From NCBI GenBank assembly GCA_951406725.2, contig OX597832.1, forward strand, positions 9,300,001-9,364,000: a stretch of 64,000 bases of DNA. Reading direction: 5' to 3'. The stretch is from Octopus vulgaris (taxonomy: Eukaryota). This document shows positions 41,241 through 56,236 of this stretch, piece by piece. A program made the translations under genes and the position numbers. Within the stretch, counting starts at the first letter, position 1. Each line of letters begins with the position of its first letter. The notes beneath the pieces were generated by a model. That model saw only the letters and a list, made by a program, of their open reading frames with translations. It ran no database searches and was not told where the DNA came from.

Positions 41241-41468
41241 CCTTTTACTCTTTTACTCTTTTACTTGTTTCAGTCATTTGACTGCGGCCATGCTGGAGCA
41301 CCGCCTTTAGTCGATCAAATCTCACCATCGCTTGAAAACCGATTTTCGTGTGTTTACCTCCCCGTAACTTAACCGTTCGGCAAAAGTGAATGATAGAATA
41401 AATACTAGGCTTACAACGAATAAGGCGGTGCTCCAGAGTGGCCTCAGTCAAAATGACTGAAACAGAAA
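41241..41468. mobile_element. Fused inverted pair of SINE family B 3' ends
   Basis: 41241-41320 is a minus-strand 3' tail; about 41324-41468 is a plus-strand 3' half. Confidence 0.8.
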
Positions 41469-41512
41469 ACTTGTGCTTCTTCGTCCCGAGCAACGCCGAA
41501 AATCTCTGCTAG

Positions 41513-41760
41513 TATGAACTGAAATTGTTCTTTAGATAACAAGAATATCCGGTGGGTCTTATTAATACGGCCATATGGAAGGCTTAGTACATTCCAGAGA
41601 CAACACTAAGTAAAACAAGCCATCAAAATACAAAGGGAAAAACAGCTATCTCTTTTGTCATCACACACATCCCAAGGAACTTCAACATTGTGATAGCCGC
41701 CAAACAATATCTCCCTTTTCTCCAGCAATCCCTCAAAATGAATCCGCTCGTAAATGATAA
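41513..41760 (+). pseudogene. Penelope-like ORF fragment (post-RT thumb/linker)
   Basis: YELKLFFR*QEYPVGLINTAIWKA*YIPETTLSK...AISFVITHIPRNFNI...YLPFLQQSLKMN matches the PLE pattern ELK..F..RGYP..LI..AI.KA..IP...IPFV.TYNP. Confidence 0.7.
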
Positions 41761-41762
41761 AT

Positions 41763-42652
<890 letters not shown>

Positions 42653-43415
42653 GTATTCAAATGGTACTAGCAGGAGAGAACTTTTGCAAGCCCACCATAA
42701 ACCACTTCTTGAACACCTACCCTCTCCAAACTCTACCCTCAATTAATAGCTTATTTTTATCATTCACTGTTTTCTTTCTGTTCCTGTTCAGGAACACTCC
42801 TTCATTCTCACACTTATTAATAAATCTCACCCCAACCACAGACACACCTAAATCTTTTATATATAGAATCACACAGCAGAACACAACACTTTATCAGTTT
42901 AACAATCGACACCGACGAATGTGAAAAAGTCTCCAGAAATGTTACCAATGAATCTTTAAAAATACTGCTAGCTGCAGTGAAGAAAGAACTTACTAAATCT
43001 AAAAAGCCAATAGTAAACTTATATTATTAGAAAATTTAACTGATTAGAACTACCTGAGGAGTTATTTTTTCCTTTTTTAAAATTTCCTTACTGTACCAAG
43101 GAATTCACATATTTTCCAGAATATATATATATACACATATATGTGCGTATGTGTATGTGTATGTGTATGTGTGCGTATATACACATTATTATGCTAGTTA
43201 GCATAACTCCCAAATGTTTCTGAAGACTTCCTAATAAGAAGTTCCTTACAGTTAACGAATTTACATATCTTACGTATATAAATCCTAATATATCTAACAT
43301 ACGAAGCATCGTGATCCCTATTAGCAAATGAAACACGTATAATTGTAAATAAATAATACCCTCTAATAATGGCACATGTACACGTAATGGAATATATTTA
43401 TATATATACATACAT

Positions 43416-43472
<57 letters not shown>

Positions 43473-43475
<3 letters not shown>

Positions 43476-44170
43476 TAAGCAATTAAGGGTTTAGCAACGA
43501 ATCGCCTCACCACACACCGAATTTAGAAATAGCAGTCAAAGAGCTATAGCTATTCTTTCTACTAAAAGGGAGATCTCAGTAAAAACACAGCACTTGAAAA
43601 GCAAACACAGACAGGTAAGAGAGAATGAAATGACGGCAATCTATCATACAATTTTAAGTCACCTACGGACGTACGTTTCGAAATCAAGTTTTAGGAAAGC
43701 ATAAGAATTAGATAATTCTACCTTACCCAACTTCTTTTCTCATCAGCGTAGGACACTACAATTATGAATAATTGTATATTAAATTTTGAGATACTAGAAG
43801 GCATCATCTCAACTCAGTATCAGAGCGAGCTAAAACCGTTACCAGTATCACCAAATTCAAATTGTGAATGAAAGTTTGTGTCACCAACCCCTTCCCACCA
43901 GCGTGTAGCCAAGGCAAGATGTTGCGGTCATTTACTGGGATGAAATATGGTTATCAGTAACAATAAAGGGTGAAATTAATTAATTTGGAATAATTATTAA
44001 TTACACCAAGTAGATTTCGGCATGTAAAAGCCTCATTCGAGGAAAATTTAAGTAATACTAAGCAATTAAGGGTTTAGCAACGAATCGCCTCACCACACAC
44101 CGAATTTAGAAATAGCAGTCAAAGAGCTATAGCTATTCTTTCTACTAAAAGGGAGATCTCTACTAAAAGG
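43473..44170 (-). mobile_element. 583-bp hammerhead-bearing unit plus ~105-bp terminal direct repeat, in (TA)n
   Basis: 43473-43577 is repeated at 44056-44160 (period 583); (TA)n on both flanks. Confidence 0.88.
43662..43752 (-). ncRNA. Type I hammerhead ribozyme, canonical core
   Basis: Minus strand: CCUACG-CUGAUGA-GAAA..(60-nt stem II)..UUUC-GAAA-CGUACG-UC-CGUAGG. Stem I is 6 bp, stem III is the palindrome ACGUACGU, and the site is GUC. Confidence 0.9.
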
Positions 44171-44681
44171 GATATATATATATATATACTGTTATTAATA
44201 AACAATTTCACTGTAGTATGCTGTAATATATTCCCAATTTTTTTATTCTCATGTGAGTTGCAAAGTTACTAATGACGTACCTGATGCGTTCACCATATGG
44301 CATTGCATATAATTCGAGATTAAAAGTTCTGATCTTTTCGTTAAGATGCATTATGTTTTACATGCTAAACGTAGATTGCAGTATATTGAAAATATATTGA
44401 ATGGTGTGCAAAAGACAGTATCACGAAGAATATCTATTATTTTATGTAGATTATTTCCATAATTTTAGATTTTCAAACGCAATCGTAAAGTCGTATGCTA
44501 CGGTAGGCCATGGCAGATGCGCTCTTTTTGTTGCGTTAGACAAATAACTTTAGTAGATTTGGTAAATTGTACATTTCTTCTGCAAATTCGATAATATACA
44601 TGATAAAACGCCGATAATGAACGGATAAAATAAGTCTTCTTGAATATGTTCAAGCAGGCATTCATACGCACATCCTTATAT

Positions 44682-44769
<88 letters not shown>

Positions 44770-45307
44770 ACGTATATATATATATATATATATGTATACG
44801 TATATATATATATATATATAAAGATGTATATATATATATATATATGATATATATATATAGAGCAGAAAAATGATAGTAAAAGTTCATAATAACAATTACT
44901 CTTCCTATTCTGAGGGAAATCGAAAGAGTTCATAAAATAAGAAACCTATCGTGTTTTGCACCGTTTCGAAATAAGATTTGAAGTGGCAAGAGGGAAGCAG
45001 ATATGGTAATTGGGAAGAGAGGATTGATAAAGAAATAAAAAGGGATGTGATCTTGTTAAAAATGACCACGTAATGACCTTCGACTGCAGGTATACAGTAT
45101 AAAAGCAAAAAACAGTAAATGTTTTGTTGTTTTCTATCAAGCTGCTTAACAAAATAAAATACTATATGGCATACGCTGAACCATAAACACAACCACACTC
45201 GGCTGCGCGCAGAGACATAGACCGATACACACGTACACACAAACACACACTCAGATAGACACTCACTGAGGAGCACACACACACACATACACACAGAGGA
45301 ATATAGT

Positions 45308-45678
45308 CTTTTTTACTCTAGGTACATCGCCCGAAATTTTGGAGGAGGGGCCAGTCGATTACATCGACCGAGTACGCAACTGGTATTTCATTTATCGAAC
45401 TTGAAAGGCTGAAATCAAGCTCGACCTCGGCGGAATTTAAACGCAAAACGTCAAGACAGACGAAATACCTATTACTTTACTACCTACAATGGGCTAAGCA
45501 TAGAGGGGACAAACAAGGACAGAGAAACGGATTAAGTCGATTATATCGACCTCAGTGCGTAACTGGTACTTAATTTATCTACCCCGAAAGGATGGAAGGC
45601 AAATTTGACCTCGGCGGAATTTGAACTCAGAACGTAACGGCAGACGAAACAGCACTAAGCATTTCGCTCGGCGTGCAA
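45308..45678 (-). mobile_element. Dimeric SINE family A (two subtypes fused head to tail)
   Basis: Two consecutive cores, joined at gacagacgaaatacc|tattactttactacc (about 45469). Confidence 0.85.
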
Positions 45679-46115
45679 AGGGCGTTAGAATCCTTATTTC
45701 ATGGAAGAGAATCACGTTACTTTAGCAGAATTTATTATTTTGTGTAGCTTATGAATTATTAATTGGACTATCGAATTTTATATTAATATCACTGGTTTCA
45801 TTCACTTGACCCACTGCAATAATCTATCATTTTATCAAACAGGTGTATTGTTCAGAGATCAGAATACCATTGTAGCACATCGCTAATTTTTATGGGGATA
45901 CTTAAAAGATAAATTTTATAGTACTATATCGTTAAATTTATTTAAATGTAGTATACATATTTATCAGCAGACGTATAAAATTAGAAACGGAGAATATAAG
46001 AATAGCGTATTCAAGTCAGACCATGGCAGCCGTAACCTGTTACGAGCTACAACCATTTGAAATCATTCATGTATCGACAGAGAAATATTTATGAATCATT
46101 ATTTCTGACAGCATC

Positions 46116-46421
46116 AAGGCGGCGAACAGACAGAATCTTTAGCACGGCGGGCATTTCGACCGTCTTTACGTTCTGAACTGAAATACCACCGAGGTTGATT
46201 TTGTCATTCATCCTTACGAAGTCGATGAAGAAAATACCAATTGAGCACAGGCTGTGATTTAACCAAATAAGCTATCCCTGAAAATTTCAGAGCCTTCCCT
46301 GAAAATTTCAGAGCCTTCCCTGAAAATTTCAGAGCCTTCCCTGAAAATTTCAGAGCCTTCCCTGAAAATTTCATAGCCTTCCCTGAAAATTTCAGGCCTT
46401 GTGTCTAGAGTAGAAAGGATT
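46116..46421 (+). mobile_element. SINE family A copy with internal 21-bp tandem expansion
   Basis: aaggcggcgaac head and gccttgtgtctagagtagaaagg tail bracket the repeat. Confidence 0.8.
46276..46400. repeat. Minisatellite (ccctgaaaatttcagagcctt) x ~6
   Basis: Five 21-bp units plus one 20-bp unit. Confidence 0.95.
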
Positions 46422-46439
46422 CTTTCTCACGGCTAGAAA

Positions 46440-46645
46440 TGTGACGAGCTAGCAGATTCGTTAGCATGCCGGACGAAATGTTTTCGTCTGCCTTTACTTT
46501 CTGAGTTTGTATTCCGCCAAGGTCGAGCTTACCTTTTATCTTACAGGAACGATTCAATGGCAACCAGTTGAATATTAGTGTGTCATTATAATTAACTTTA
46601 CTATATTCCTTAATGTACAGGACTTGTATCAAAATTTGAAACCGT
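46440..46645 (+). mobile_element. Diverged SINE family A copy
   Basis: gacgagctagcagattcgttagcatgccggacgaaatg...ttccgccaaggtcga. Confidence 0.75.
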
Positions 46646-47504
46646 TACTTCTGACTGCTATTTGCTGACCAGCATCCGTCCTCCTTCTCTCTCTCTCTCT
46701 CTCTTACTTTTCTATTTTCTCTACATGTGTTTAGATGTATACGAATGTAGCACACACACAGATCTATTTAAATAGCTGCAAAATCAGATACGAATACAAA
46801 AATTGAGGTTTTACAGCCAAAAACGGTAATGCCTTTTATATCTAATCAACAACATTGCCTTCGCGCGCACCACTTTTAAGTCATCAACAACTCCATAATT
46901 CTCAGCCATACTGTTGCTATATTTTTTCTGTTTCTTTTATATTAATTAGAATTTTATATTAAGACCTAAGAGTTGCTCACGAATGGTTCTGCATCTGAAT
47001 TACATTTGATATCCATGCCACCAATGTTCTTTTTTTCCTTGAAATTTTATATATTTTATATTAATTTCAGATGCACCACGAATTTGTTTATTCTCATCAC
47101 TGGTATAGATGATACGTACATACTTACACACGTACGCACGTACATAGATGCATACATACATATATACATACATACATACATATATGCATATGCCTGTGTG
47201 TGTATGTGTTCTGGGTTTAGATATGTAGTTAAAAATATAGGTGGAAACTCAGTGTATAAATATTATTATCGGTCAGTTTTTCTGATTGCATTTTCGTTTA
47301 CCTTCTTCCATTCCAGTAATCATTAAGAAATCTAAACATGAAATTCCATTTCATTAGTACTTTTACATGAGGAAATACGATCATTGAATTGAGCCAAGAT
47401 TGTGGAGGATGTGAGAAGTGAACAGAAGAGCAAACACAGCCAAAAGTATGGCATGATTTCTAATATAAAGATGGTCGACTAAAGAAAATTACAAACGTGA
47501 ATAC

Positions 47505-47689
47505 ATTTTTCCTTGTATCTGTTTCATTCACTGGACTACGACCGTGCTAGAGTACACGATTGTAAAAAATTTAGTCGAATGGATCGCCTGAAGTTATTAT
47601 TATATCTCTCTTTTACTGGGCCACTTGTGTGTAGCGACGTAAAGCACCAACATCGGTTTCAAGCCTTTGTAAGAAACACATACAGATGG

Positions 47690-47720
<31 letters not shown>

Positions 47721-47915
47721 TATGCACAAACACAGATATATATAAACGACGGGCTTTTTTCAGTTTCTGTCTAATAATCAACTCACAAGGCTTTTGTCGA
47801 CCCGAAGCTACATTACAAGAAATTTCAGTAAGCTACCACGCAATGGGACTGAACACAAAACTATGTGGTAGCAAAGAAAGCTATTCATCACAGGGCTACC
47901 ACTGAGCCTATGAGG
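47505..47915 (-). mobile_element. Diverged SINE family B copy
   Basis: Colinear with the adjacent copy at 47936-48358. Confidence 0.75.
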
Positions 47916-47935
47916 CTAAGTTGTATAAAAATGTA

Positions 47936-48358
47936 TTCCTTTACTCTTTACTCTTTCACTTGTTTCAGTCATTTGACTGTGGCAATGCTGGAGCACCACC
48001 TCTTTTTTTTAGTCGAGCAAATCGACCCCAGGAATTATTCTTTGTAAGCCCAGTACTAATTCCATCGGTCTGTTTTGCCGAACCGCTAAGCCACGGGGAT
48101 GTAAACACACAAGCATCGGCCATGAAGCGCTGTTGGGGGGACAAACACAGACACACAAACACAAACACATACATACCTATATGTACATATATACGACGGG
48201 CTTCTTTCAGTTTCCGTCTACCAAATCCACTCACAAGGCTTTGGTCGACCCGAGGCTATAGTAGAATACACTAGCCCAAGGTGCCACGCAGTGGGACTGA
48301 ACCCGGATCCATGTAGTTGGTAAGCAAGCTACTTACCCCACAGCCAATCCTACGCCTA
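47936..48358 (-). mobile_element. SINE family B, well-conserved full-length copy
   Basis: Reverse complement of 28489-28888, with (TTTTACTC)n tail. Confidence 0.92.
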
Positions 48359-49149
48359 TTATTTACTTTGATGTGAATGAAATGGGAAAGATATTGGAAT
48401 GTGCAAAAGAAGGCGAATACTTTCATACGGACGATAATAGTTTACGTGCAAATGCATATAGCACAACATAACTCTAGTTTTCTGTTTTAAATAGAAGCTA
48501 CTTATTTATTTTTGTAAAGAATATAATAGATAAAAGAATTGTCGAGGCTGAAATATTTTAGATTCTGTTTTCGTTAAAAGCACTACATCATTTAAAACTG
48601 GAAACCCGAAATATTACAATATAAACTCAAAAATATATGTATCTTACTATTTGCAATATCAGGAATGAATATATCATTTTAAAAATAGGATGCATATGCA
48701 TGACATCGTACAGAATTCGGGATTAAATAAAGTATAATGTCACACGATATCTATAAACTATGAATTATCTAAGGGATTTTACCAAATTTCTGTTGAAACA
48801 GTCTTTAATTGTTTCAAGTAGTTTTGAAAATAATTAAGAATTTACTAAAATCATTTGTCATAATTATTTGAGTGTGTGGAAACCATATTAACACTAATTT
48901 TAAAGGATGGTTTTAAATCTAGAACATTATAAAAGAGCCAGTTTATATCCAAGGATTATTTTAGGCGAGATATACTATCAATTTATCACCAAACGTATGA
49001 TGTAAACCACAAAGCAAGAACAGAATGATATTTTGTGCTTTTGTAGAAGTAACAAATTCATAGGCTGACTACGAAGGAGTGATGCTAGAGCTGTGAAATC
49101 TTGCATGCTGCACTAATTTCAAATCATGTTATTAATAATTGCGTTGTTT

Positions 49150-49995
49150 CTTTTCAGGTAAACTGAGACCTGACTATTGCAAAATGACTTAAAATATAGC
49201 TGGTATCAACAGCAGATGTAACGGTATCATCACAGTAAAATGGTTTCGATTTCGAGCCAAGTGCTTCTTTTACAGATGATTGCTAGATGGTGCTACAGTT
49301 ACGCACAGCAGCCATTGAAACCAAGAATCTGTTTTGATAGACTTAGGAAGTTGCCATAGAACTCTCCATTGGTGAGATGGTATTTTTGAAGATGGTAAAT
49401 AGACACATTGCCTTTTTCATCGCAAATTAACTGAGGCCGTCATATTTACGGCAGATGCAGCAATGTATCTGGCTGAATGTGAAGAACCCGACACCAATCC
49501 TGGTTTAAGAAACGTTCTGGCAACTAACTGTTCTATCTCTCCACGAGATATGCCAATAGCAGTGACTCTTTGATTTATTGTTGTCTGTCATCCATCATCA
49601 TGTGGTGAACATGATCATTGTTTCATCAGTGGCAGGTTCAGTACGTCCAGGATATGCGCCATCTTGAATATTGCCGTTCCTTTTCTAGATTTACCTGTCC
49701 AGGTTTGCATCGTTCATAAAGATTGATCCTCTCTCTTAATGTAGCAACCAGGTCAGCATAAATGTCCTTGAAAGGCTTAACCAATTGATACGATCACGAT
49801 GCCAAATGTTCTTGATTTTCAAGAGTAGTGGCCATCAGTTACTTTTGAAGATTCCTTGAACATTCAGTTATCAGTGTAACTGGGAATGAAATGGAGGTAT
49901 TAATAAGGAGTTTGAAATTAATGCATACTACATATTACAGCTCTAGTATGACCCCCTCCTATGTTAGACTATAAAACTTTCAATACACCCTGGTA
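49150..49995 (-). mobile_element. Decayed, internally deleted mariner transposon
   Basis: Minus-strand fragments IWHRDRI..KDIYADLVATL..TMQTW..DHVHHMMMDDR and KHLARNRNHFTVMIP fit the mariner HTH region and C-terminus. TIR-like end aaaactttcaatacaccctgg|ta. Confidence 0.75.
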
Positions 49996-50447
49996 CATGC
50001 CAACTCTGCCATGTAAGTAAACACTGCGGAATGAACCATTATAAGCATGATATCGAACAATAGGCAGAAATAAACCATTGTGCTGCAACATGTTCCAAGA
50101 TATGTCTTCTTAAATATGGATAATTAGCAAGAATTTGATGTATTTGATATCATCACGTGACATTAAGTGCTAGTAACCACTAAGAATAGGGTTCGTTTCA
50201 TTGTGCTTCAATTCATGTATCAGCCATTTAGTAGATGCTATGCAGATATTTTCGTATCAGTTATGTCTAGAAAATCACGCAAATTCTTTTGAATATAAAA
50301 CTAATTAGCGATATGTCATGCAGGGTTTTTGAGAACAAAAAAAGTCAAACGTAGATAAAACATACGTTAGCGTGTAGGTATGAGTATATTTCTGCATACA
50401 TGTATGAAAATATTGATGTGTAAATACTATATAAATGCATATTTATG

Positions 50448-50492
<45 letters not shown>

Positions 50493-50583
50493 AAGTAGAT
50501 ATATATTCACATATACATACATAAATATGTCTATGTCTATCTATCTATCTATCTACCTCTTTATGCCTCTGTCTGTCTGTATC

Positions 50584-50628
<45 letters not shown>

Positions 50629-50868
50629 GATTATGTATGTGTGTGTGTGTATATGCATATGTTGAGCGTACTTATGTCTTACAAGTACCGGTGAGATGGA
50701 AAATCTAAGATGTAGCAATTGCATTAATATTTATATCATTAATATTTATATCTTGAATTCAAGATAATCAACGCTGTATGTGTGTGTGTGTGTGTGTATG
50801 TGTGTGTCTGAGAGTGTGCGTGTGTCACTGTGTTTGCGTCTGAGTATGCACATGAATATGGTCTTTAT

Positions 50869-50899
<31 letters not shown>

Positions 50900-51770
50900 C
50901 TGTCACTTATAGTGATTTTGTATGATGGGTTATATTAACGACAATAGTATCTCCCCTACACTGTTCTACGTGATAATGGAACCGCTTATTCTTAACGTAA
51001 AGATGTTCGTACAACGTTCGTGATAAAATTTTGACATAACTATTCGTATGCAAATGATTATTCATTTTAGCGGGTACTTGACTTTTGCTTTAAATATATA
51101 GGGCAAGTATGATCTAAATGCCTAAGTTTACCCGATATTTATCTCCGCGAAATCAGTTAAGGATTATCAGATGAGAATTTTCACACTAGTAGCAAGTACA
51201 TTTTCGCCGGAGTAAAACGTTATTGGTTGTCGGTACATTAATCTTTATTCTCATTCCGCCGCATACGCTTGAACTGTATTTAACGGAAAGGAATATATCA
51301 CGGGCGTTTAAAAAGTGGATGAATCTAATGAAAGTTTAATTCCTTCCTACATTGAGAGTAAATATTCCGTAAAATATAATGTACACTATTTGTGTCTTTA
51401 TTGTGCGTGAAAACCTAGACGAGAACGATATCATCAAATAGGTACATACTCTATACAATATGAAATTAATGTCGGACAGTATACCGTTTACGAAAGCCGG
51501 CAAATGAGAGCAAATTAGAAGTTCTGGTCAGATACTGAGGAACGAAGTTGATTCGTTGTATTATGCAAATACCAGGCATATGTTTTTTTCTAATTTTATT
51601 TGTACAGGAAAAATCAGTATTCGTGTGCGCAAACACAAAGAAAGCAAGAATCTTCAAGGTACAAGAGTAGGTGTTGCAGCATTTTAAGCTAGTAGAAGGC
51701 TTGAACAAATTTTCTCTCCCATTCTCTCATTCTCTCTCACGGTCGCTTTATTTATATATATATACATATA

Positions 51771-51830
<60 letters not shown>

Positions 51831-51919
51831 TATATATATTATACATATATACACGCACACACACACACACACACATATATATATACATATATAGATATAT
51901 ATACACATATATCTCTCTC

Positions 51920-51955
<36 letters not shown>

Positions 51956-53383
51956 TGTATGTATGTATGTATGCATATATGTATGTGTGTACGTATGTAC
52001 GTATTCTGAAAACCAAATGGGCTGTGTTCAGAAATGGAGAGTACGTAAGAAATTATAGAAGGCTGGCAGAATGGAAGGCAATGTACTTATGTTTTAACGT
52101 GTGTTTGTGCCATTTTTTGTGTGTGATTGAACGAATAATACGTTCATGTGCATATGCGTAGTTAGTTTTTTGAAGAACGTTAAATTTCTGGGATTTTGGG
52201 AGATGTATATTTTGTTATGGCTGGCACATGTCTCATAAATTGTTTTAGCTAAACTAACAATCAGCTTCTGTTGTTAATGTTATACTCTTTATTTCATTTC
52301 TTTCTGACATGGTTAATATTTACATCTCTCAAAATATTTTTCACTACATCGACCTGTATGCTAATTTAATGGGTGTATAAATTTAGATAATTGGCTTTTA
52401 GCTTTACCGTAGTTTACATACAATTCAGTTAAAATATCAAAATAACTCCTGAAAATATATAAACAAATTTTAATAAGTTACAGCTCGTTGCACTGGAAAC
52501 ACTTTGGGGAACATAAGCATCAACTGGTTTGCATACGACATAAATATGAAACATACAACAAACAGTGAGTGTTTTGATAGCCTTTCCTAATTATGACCCA
52601 ACTAAAAAAACAAAAAAACTTTGGTTTCAACTCAGGGTATGAATGTATTTGCAGACCGAATCCATACTACAGAAAAGATTATTTTTCTTTTCAAGAATGT
52701 ATTTATTATTAAATAATTTAAATAAGCTGAAGTTCGCGCAGTGAATAGACAATAAAACGCATTTATTAATGATTCCAATAACTATTATTGAACTTTGATA
52801 TTTTGCAATTATATTTGTAAAGAGCAAATGAATATTTTATGAGTGTATTCAAAAATTCTGAAGAAGATAGTATAAACATTTTTGTTCTAAAATATTCGAG
52901 AGAGAACACACGTTGTCTTTATTATTGGAGTTGCATAGTCAATGTTGAAAACATACTGCCAGTATATTTCTAAACATAAACATAAGGACATAATTTCGAT
53001 GGAGCATTTTCAAAGAATATACGCGGTGACTCGAAATGATGCTTACATACGCTAACAATGCACCACTCACAACGATACGTAAATATCATTGTGCATTTTA
53101 TGATAGTACACAAACGGCTTATATCCTAACACTACAGGGGTAAAACTTCAATTTGGTTTATTTAAAAAAAAACGTAGACACACTTACAACACACACGCAC
53201 ACACATAAAATGAAAAGAAGACAAAGCAAATTGTTTCGTACATCTTTAATTATACGCCACAAATGTTTCTGTACCATCTACAGTTGCAATATATAGAAAG
53301 GGTATGGCGAATATACTGTCATCTAAATCATGCAAAAATGAGAATAAAATTCACATCTCATTTTAACAGATATATTCACAAAA

Positions 53384-53608
53384 TTACTCTTTTACTCTTT
53401 TACTTGTTTCAGTTATTTGACTGTGGCTATGCTGGAGCATCTCCTTTAGTCAACCAAATCGATCAAAGGACTTATTCTTTGTAAGCCTAGTACTTCTTCT
53501 ATTGGTCTCTTTTGCCGAACCGCTAAGTTACGGGGGCGTAAACGCACCAGCATCGGTTGTCAAGCGATGTTGGCGGGACAAACACAGACACACAAACATA
53601 TACACACA

Positions 53609-53664
<56 letters not shown>

Positions 53665-53742
53665 CAAATACACGATGGACTTCTTTCAGTTTACGCCTAC
53701 CAAATCCACTCACAAGACTTTGATTGGCCCAAGGTTATAGTA
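53384..53742 (-). mobile_element. SINE family B copy, 5'-truncated
   Basis: Colinear with 47936-48260. Confidence 0.88.
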
Positions 53743-53811
53743 TAATATTATCCATGCAAAACATGTGAAGGTATTGCGTTGCCATCGTCTGGTAAATAGG
53801 AATTATTTTAC

Positions 53812-53985
53812 TATTATATTCTTTTACTTTTTTCAGTCAGTTCGATTTCAAGACTTTTAGTCGATCTCCGAATACATAATGTAGCGCTCTCTTTTGCCGA
53901 ACCGCTAACTTACGGGGTCATAACTACACCAACATCAGTTGTCAAGTGATGGTAGGGAATCAAACACAGGTAGAAAGATACACAC

Positions 53986-54029
<44 letters not shown>

Positions 54030-54050
54030 ATGTCTTATTATGACGGCCTA
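53812..54050 (-). mobile_element. Partial diverged SINE family B copy
   Basis: ctcttttgccgaaccgctaacttacgggg...gttgtcaagtgatgg. Confidence 0.7.
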
Positions 54051-54313
54051 TTTCCTCGTCTATGTGTGAATGGTCGTAAAGGCGTACCTTCACCGAAGGT
54101 ATCTCTTTTGTTCAGCACTCAGGCTGTAACACAGAGGGGGCGGCAAATGGACAGGCACAACACCACAGTGGGGACAAAAAAGATAAAACGAATGAAAAAC
54201 CGAAAACTTTACAATGAAATCGATGGAGATGACATGGTTGGATGCGCCCCACTCACATGCAGTATCATTTGAATGGTCTTACTTTCAAATTGTATTCTTA
54301 TATATGTATAAAT

Positions 54314-54595
54314 CAAGGAAGAAAATGGAGAAGAGATTCAATTGACAAACATCAGTAAGAATTATTTACCATAATTATCAAATATATAAATAAATACTAC
54401 TCCACTCTTACAACTGTCCCTACTTTACGGATTCATGTATACTACAATTGATATGCCGACTGTAGCATACTGGAACCCCCAAATAGACACAGCTGTAAGA
54501 GTGGAGTTGTATTTATTTATTTATTCCTTTGATAATTATGGTAAATAAATCTTAGTGATGTTTGTCAATTGAATCACTTCTCCAATTCTTCCTTG
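54314..54595. repeat. Inverted repeat with ~105-bp arms and ~70-bp spacer
   Basis: 54314-54417 is an imperfect reverse complement of 54489-54595. Confidence 0.88.
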
Positions 54596-55768
54596 CCTGC
54601 TATAGATTCTAGATAATATTTTCTTTAACTCCAATTGTACCTATTATTTAATTGTACTATTGCCTTGCAAAAGTAATATTTAAATATAAAGAGGTATCCC
54701 TCCAGAAGTATATAGGATATTTATTATCCCTTAGACGATCGTCTAAATACTCTACCTCATATATACATATATATATATGTGTGTGTGTGTGTGTGTATGC
54801 AAATGTACATATATATGTTTGTATAAATATATACATATATATATGTATATATATATTTGTATATTTACATATATATATATTTCATATATATTCATACACA
54901 CACATATATATATATACATATATACACATATATACACAGGCACATGTGTATGTATATATATATATATATATATGAATATATTTATATATATATAGAAGTT
55001 TGTGCGTGTGTATGTATTTATATATGTGTGTTAGTATGTGTGTGTATATATATGAGTGATATCTTTGTAAGTGAAAGACTATGAAGTAAACAGGTTCATT
55101 TCAGATAAGCGATTTCAACTTTTCTCTCCTTCTTTATGACGTACTTGTTTATCAGATCTATTAATAATTCATCTACAAGCATTATATATCAAGTGATATG
55201 CTGGAATGTAATAATACATTTCTCGTTCTTTAGAAAAATTATGTATTGTATTCGTGACTCACCCTTCGGATCTTTGTAATAAAAGTTTCTGAAATGAGTA
55301 TATAGTATTGGCGAATACAAATAAACTCAAACGCTTTTGCATTACAATAACACGTACACCAATATAAGGATACAAACACACACATATATATATGTATACG
55401 TAAATATACCAAAGTTTTGTACATATATGTATGCGCATGTGTGTGTGAATGTATATATTAAATATGCGTTGGAATATCATATGTGTCATTAGAAATTCAG
55501 AAATAGGATGATATAGTTTCATTGTTTCATATGTGTACGTACGTATTTTAGTATATTACTAGTAGTGTACCTGTATTTAAATAAAAGATGGTATCATATA
55601 GTTATATAGATGAATAACTATGCATAATCATTTATGCATATATGTAAATACTCTTTTATATAACATTAATATACATTAAACTTTGGTGTGCTGATATAGA
55701 TATTGATATCTGAATAATAACAATAACAGTAGCAATAATAACAGTAGTAATAAATATTCATTCGTATG

Positions 55769-55819
<51 letters not shown>

Positions 55820-55882
55820 AATACACACACACGCACATATATATGTCGATGTGTATATATGTATATATATGCACATATATAA

Positions 55883-55920
<38 letters not shown>

Positions 55921-56084
55921 GAACACACGTGCGCACCCCCACCCACATACACATATATGTAACTACACCCAGGAATGTTTAACAAACTCTCAGATTTTAT
56001 GTTAAGATCATTTATTTAAATATATACGTATATACGTGTATTTGTATGTATGCCTATATGTATGTATGCATGTATCTATCTATT

Positions 56085-56236
<152 letters not shown>

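Noticed and set aside
46276-46400. CRISPR-like array
   Set aside because: No spacers, eukaryotic context, no cas genes.
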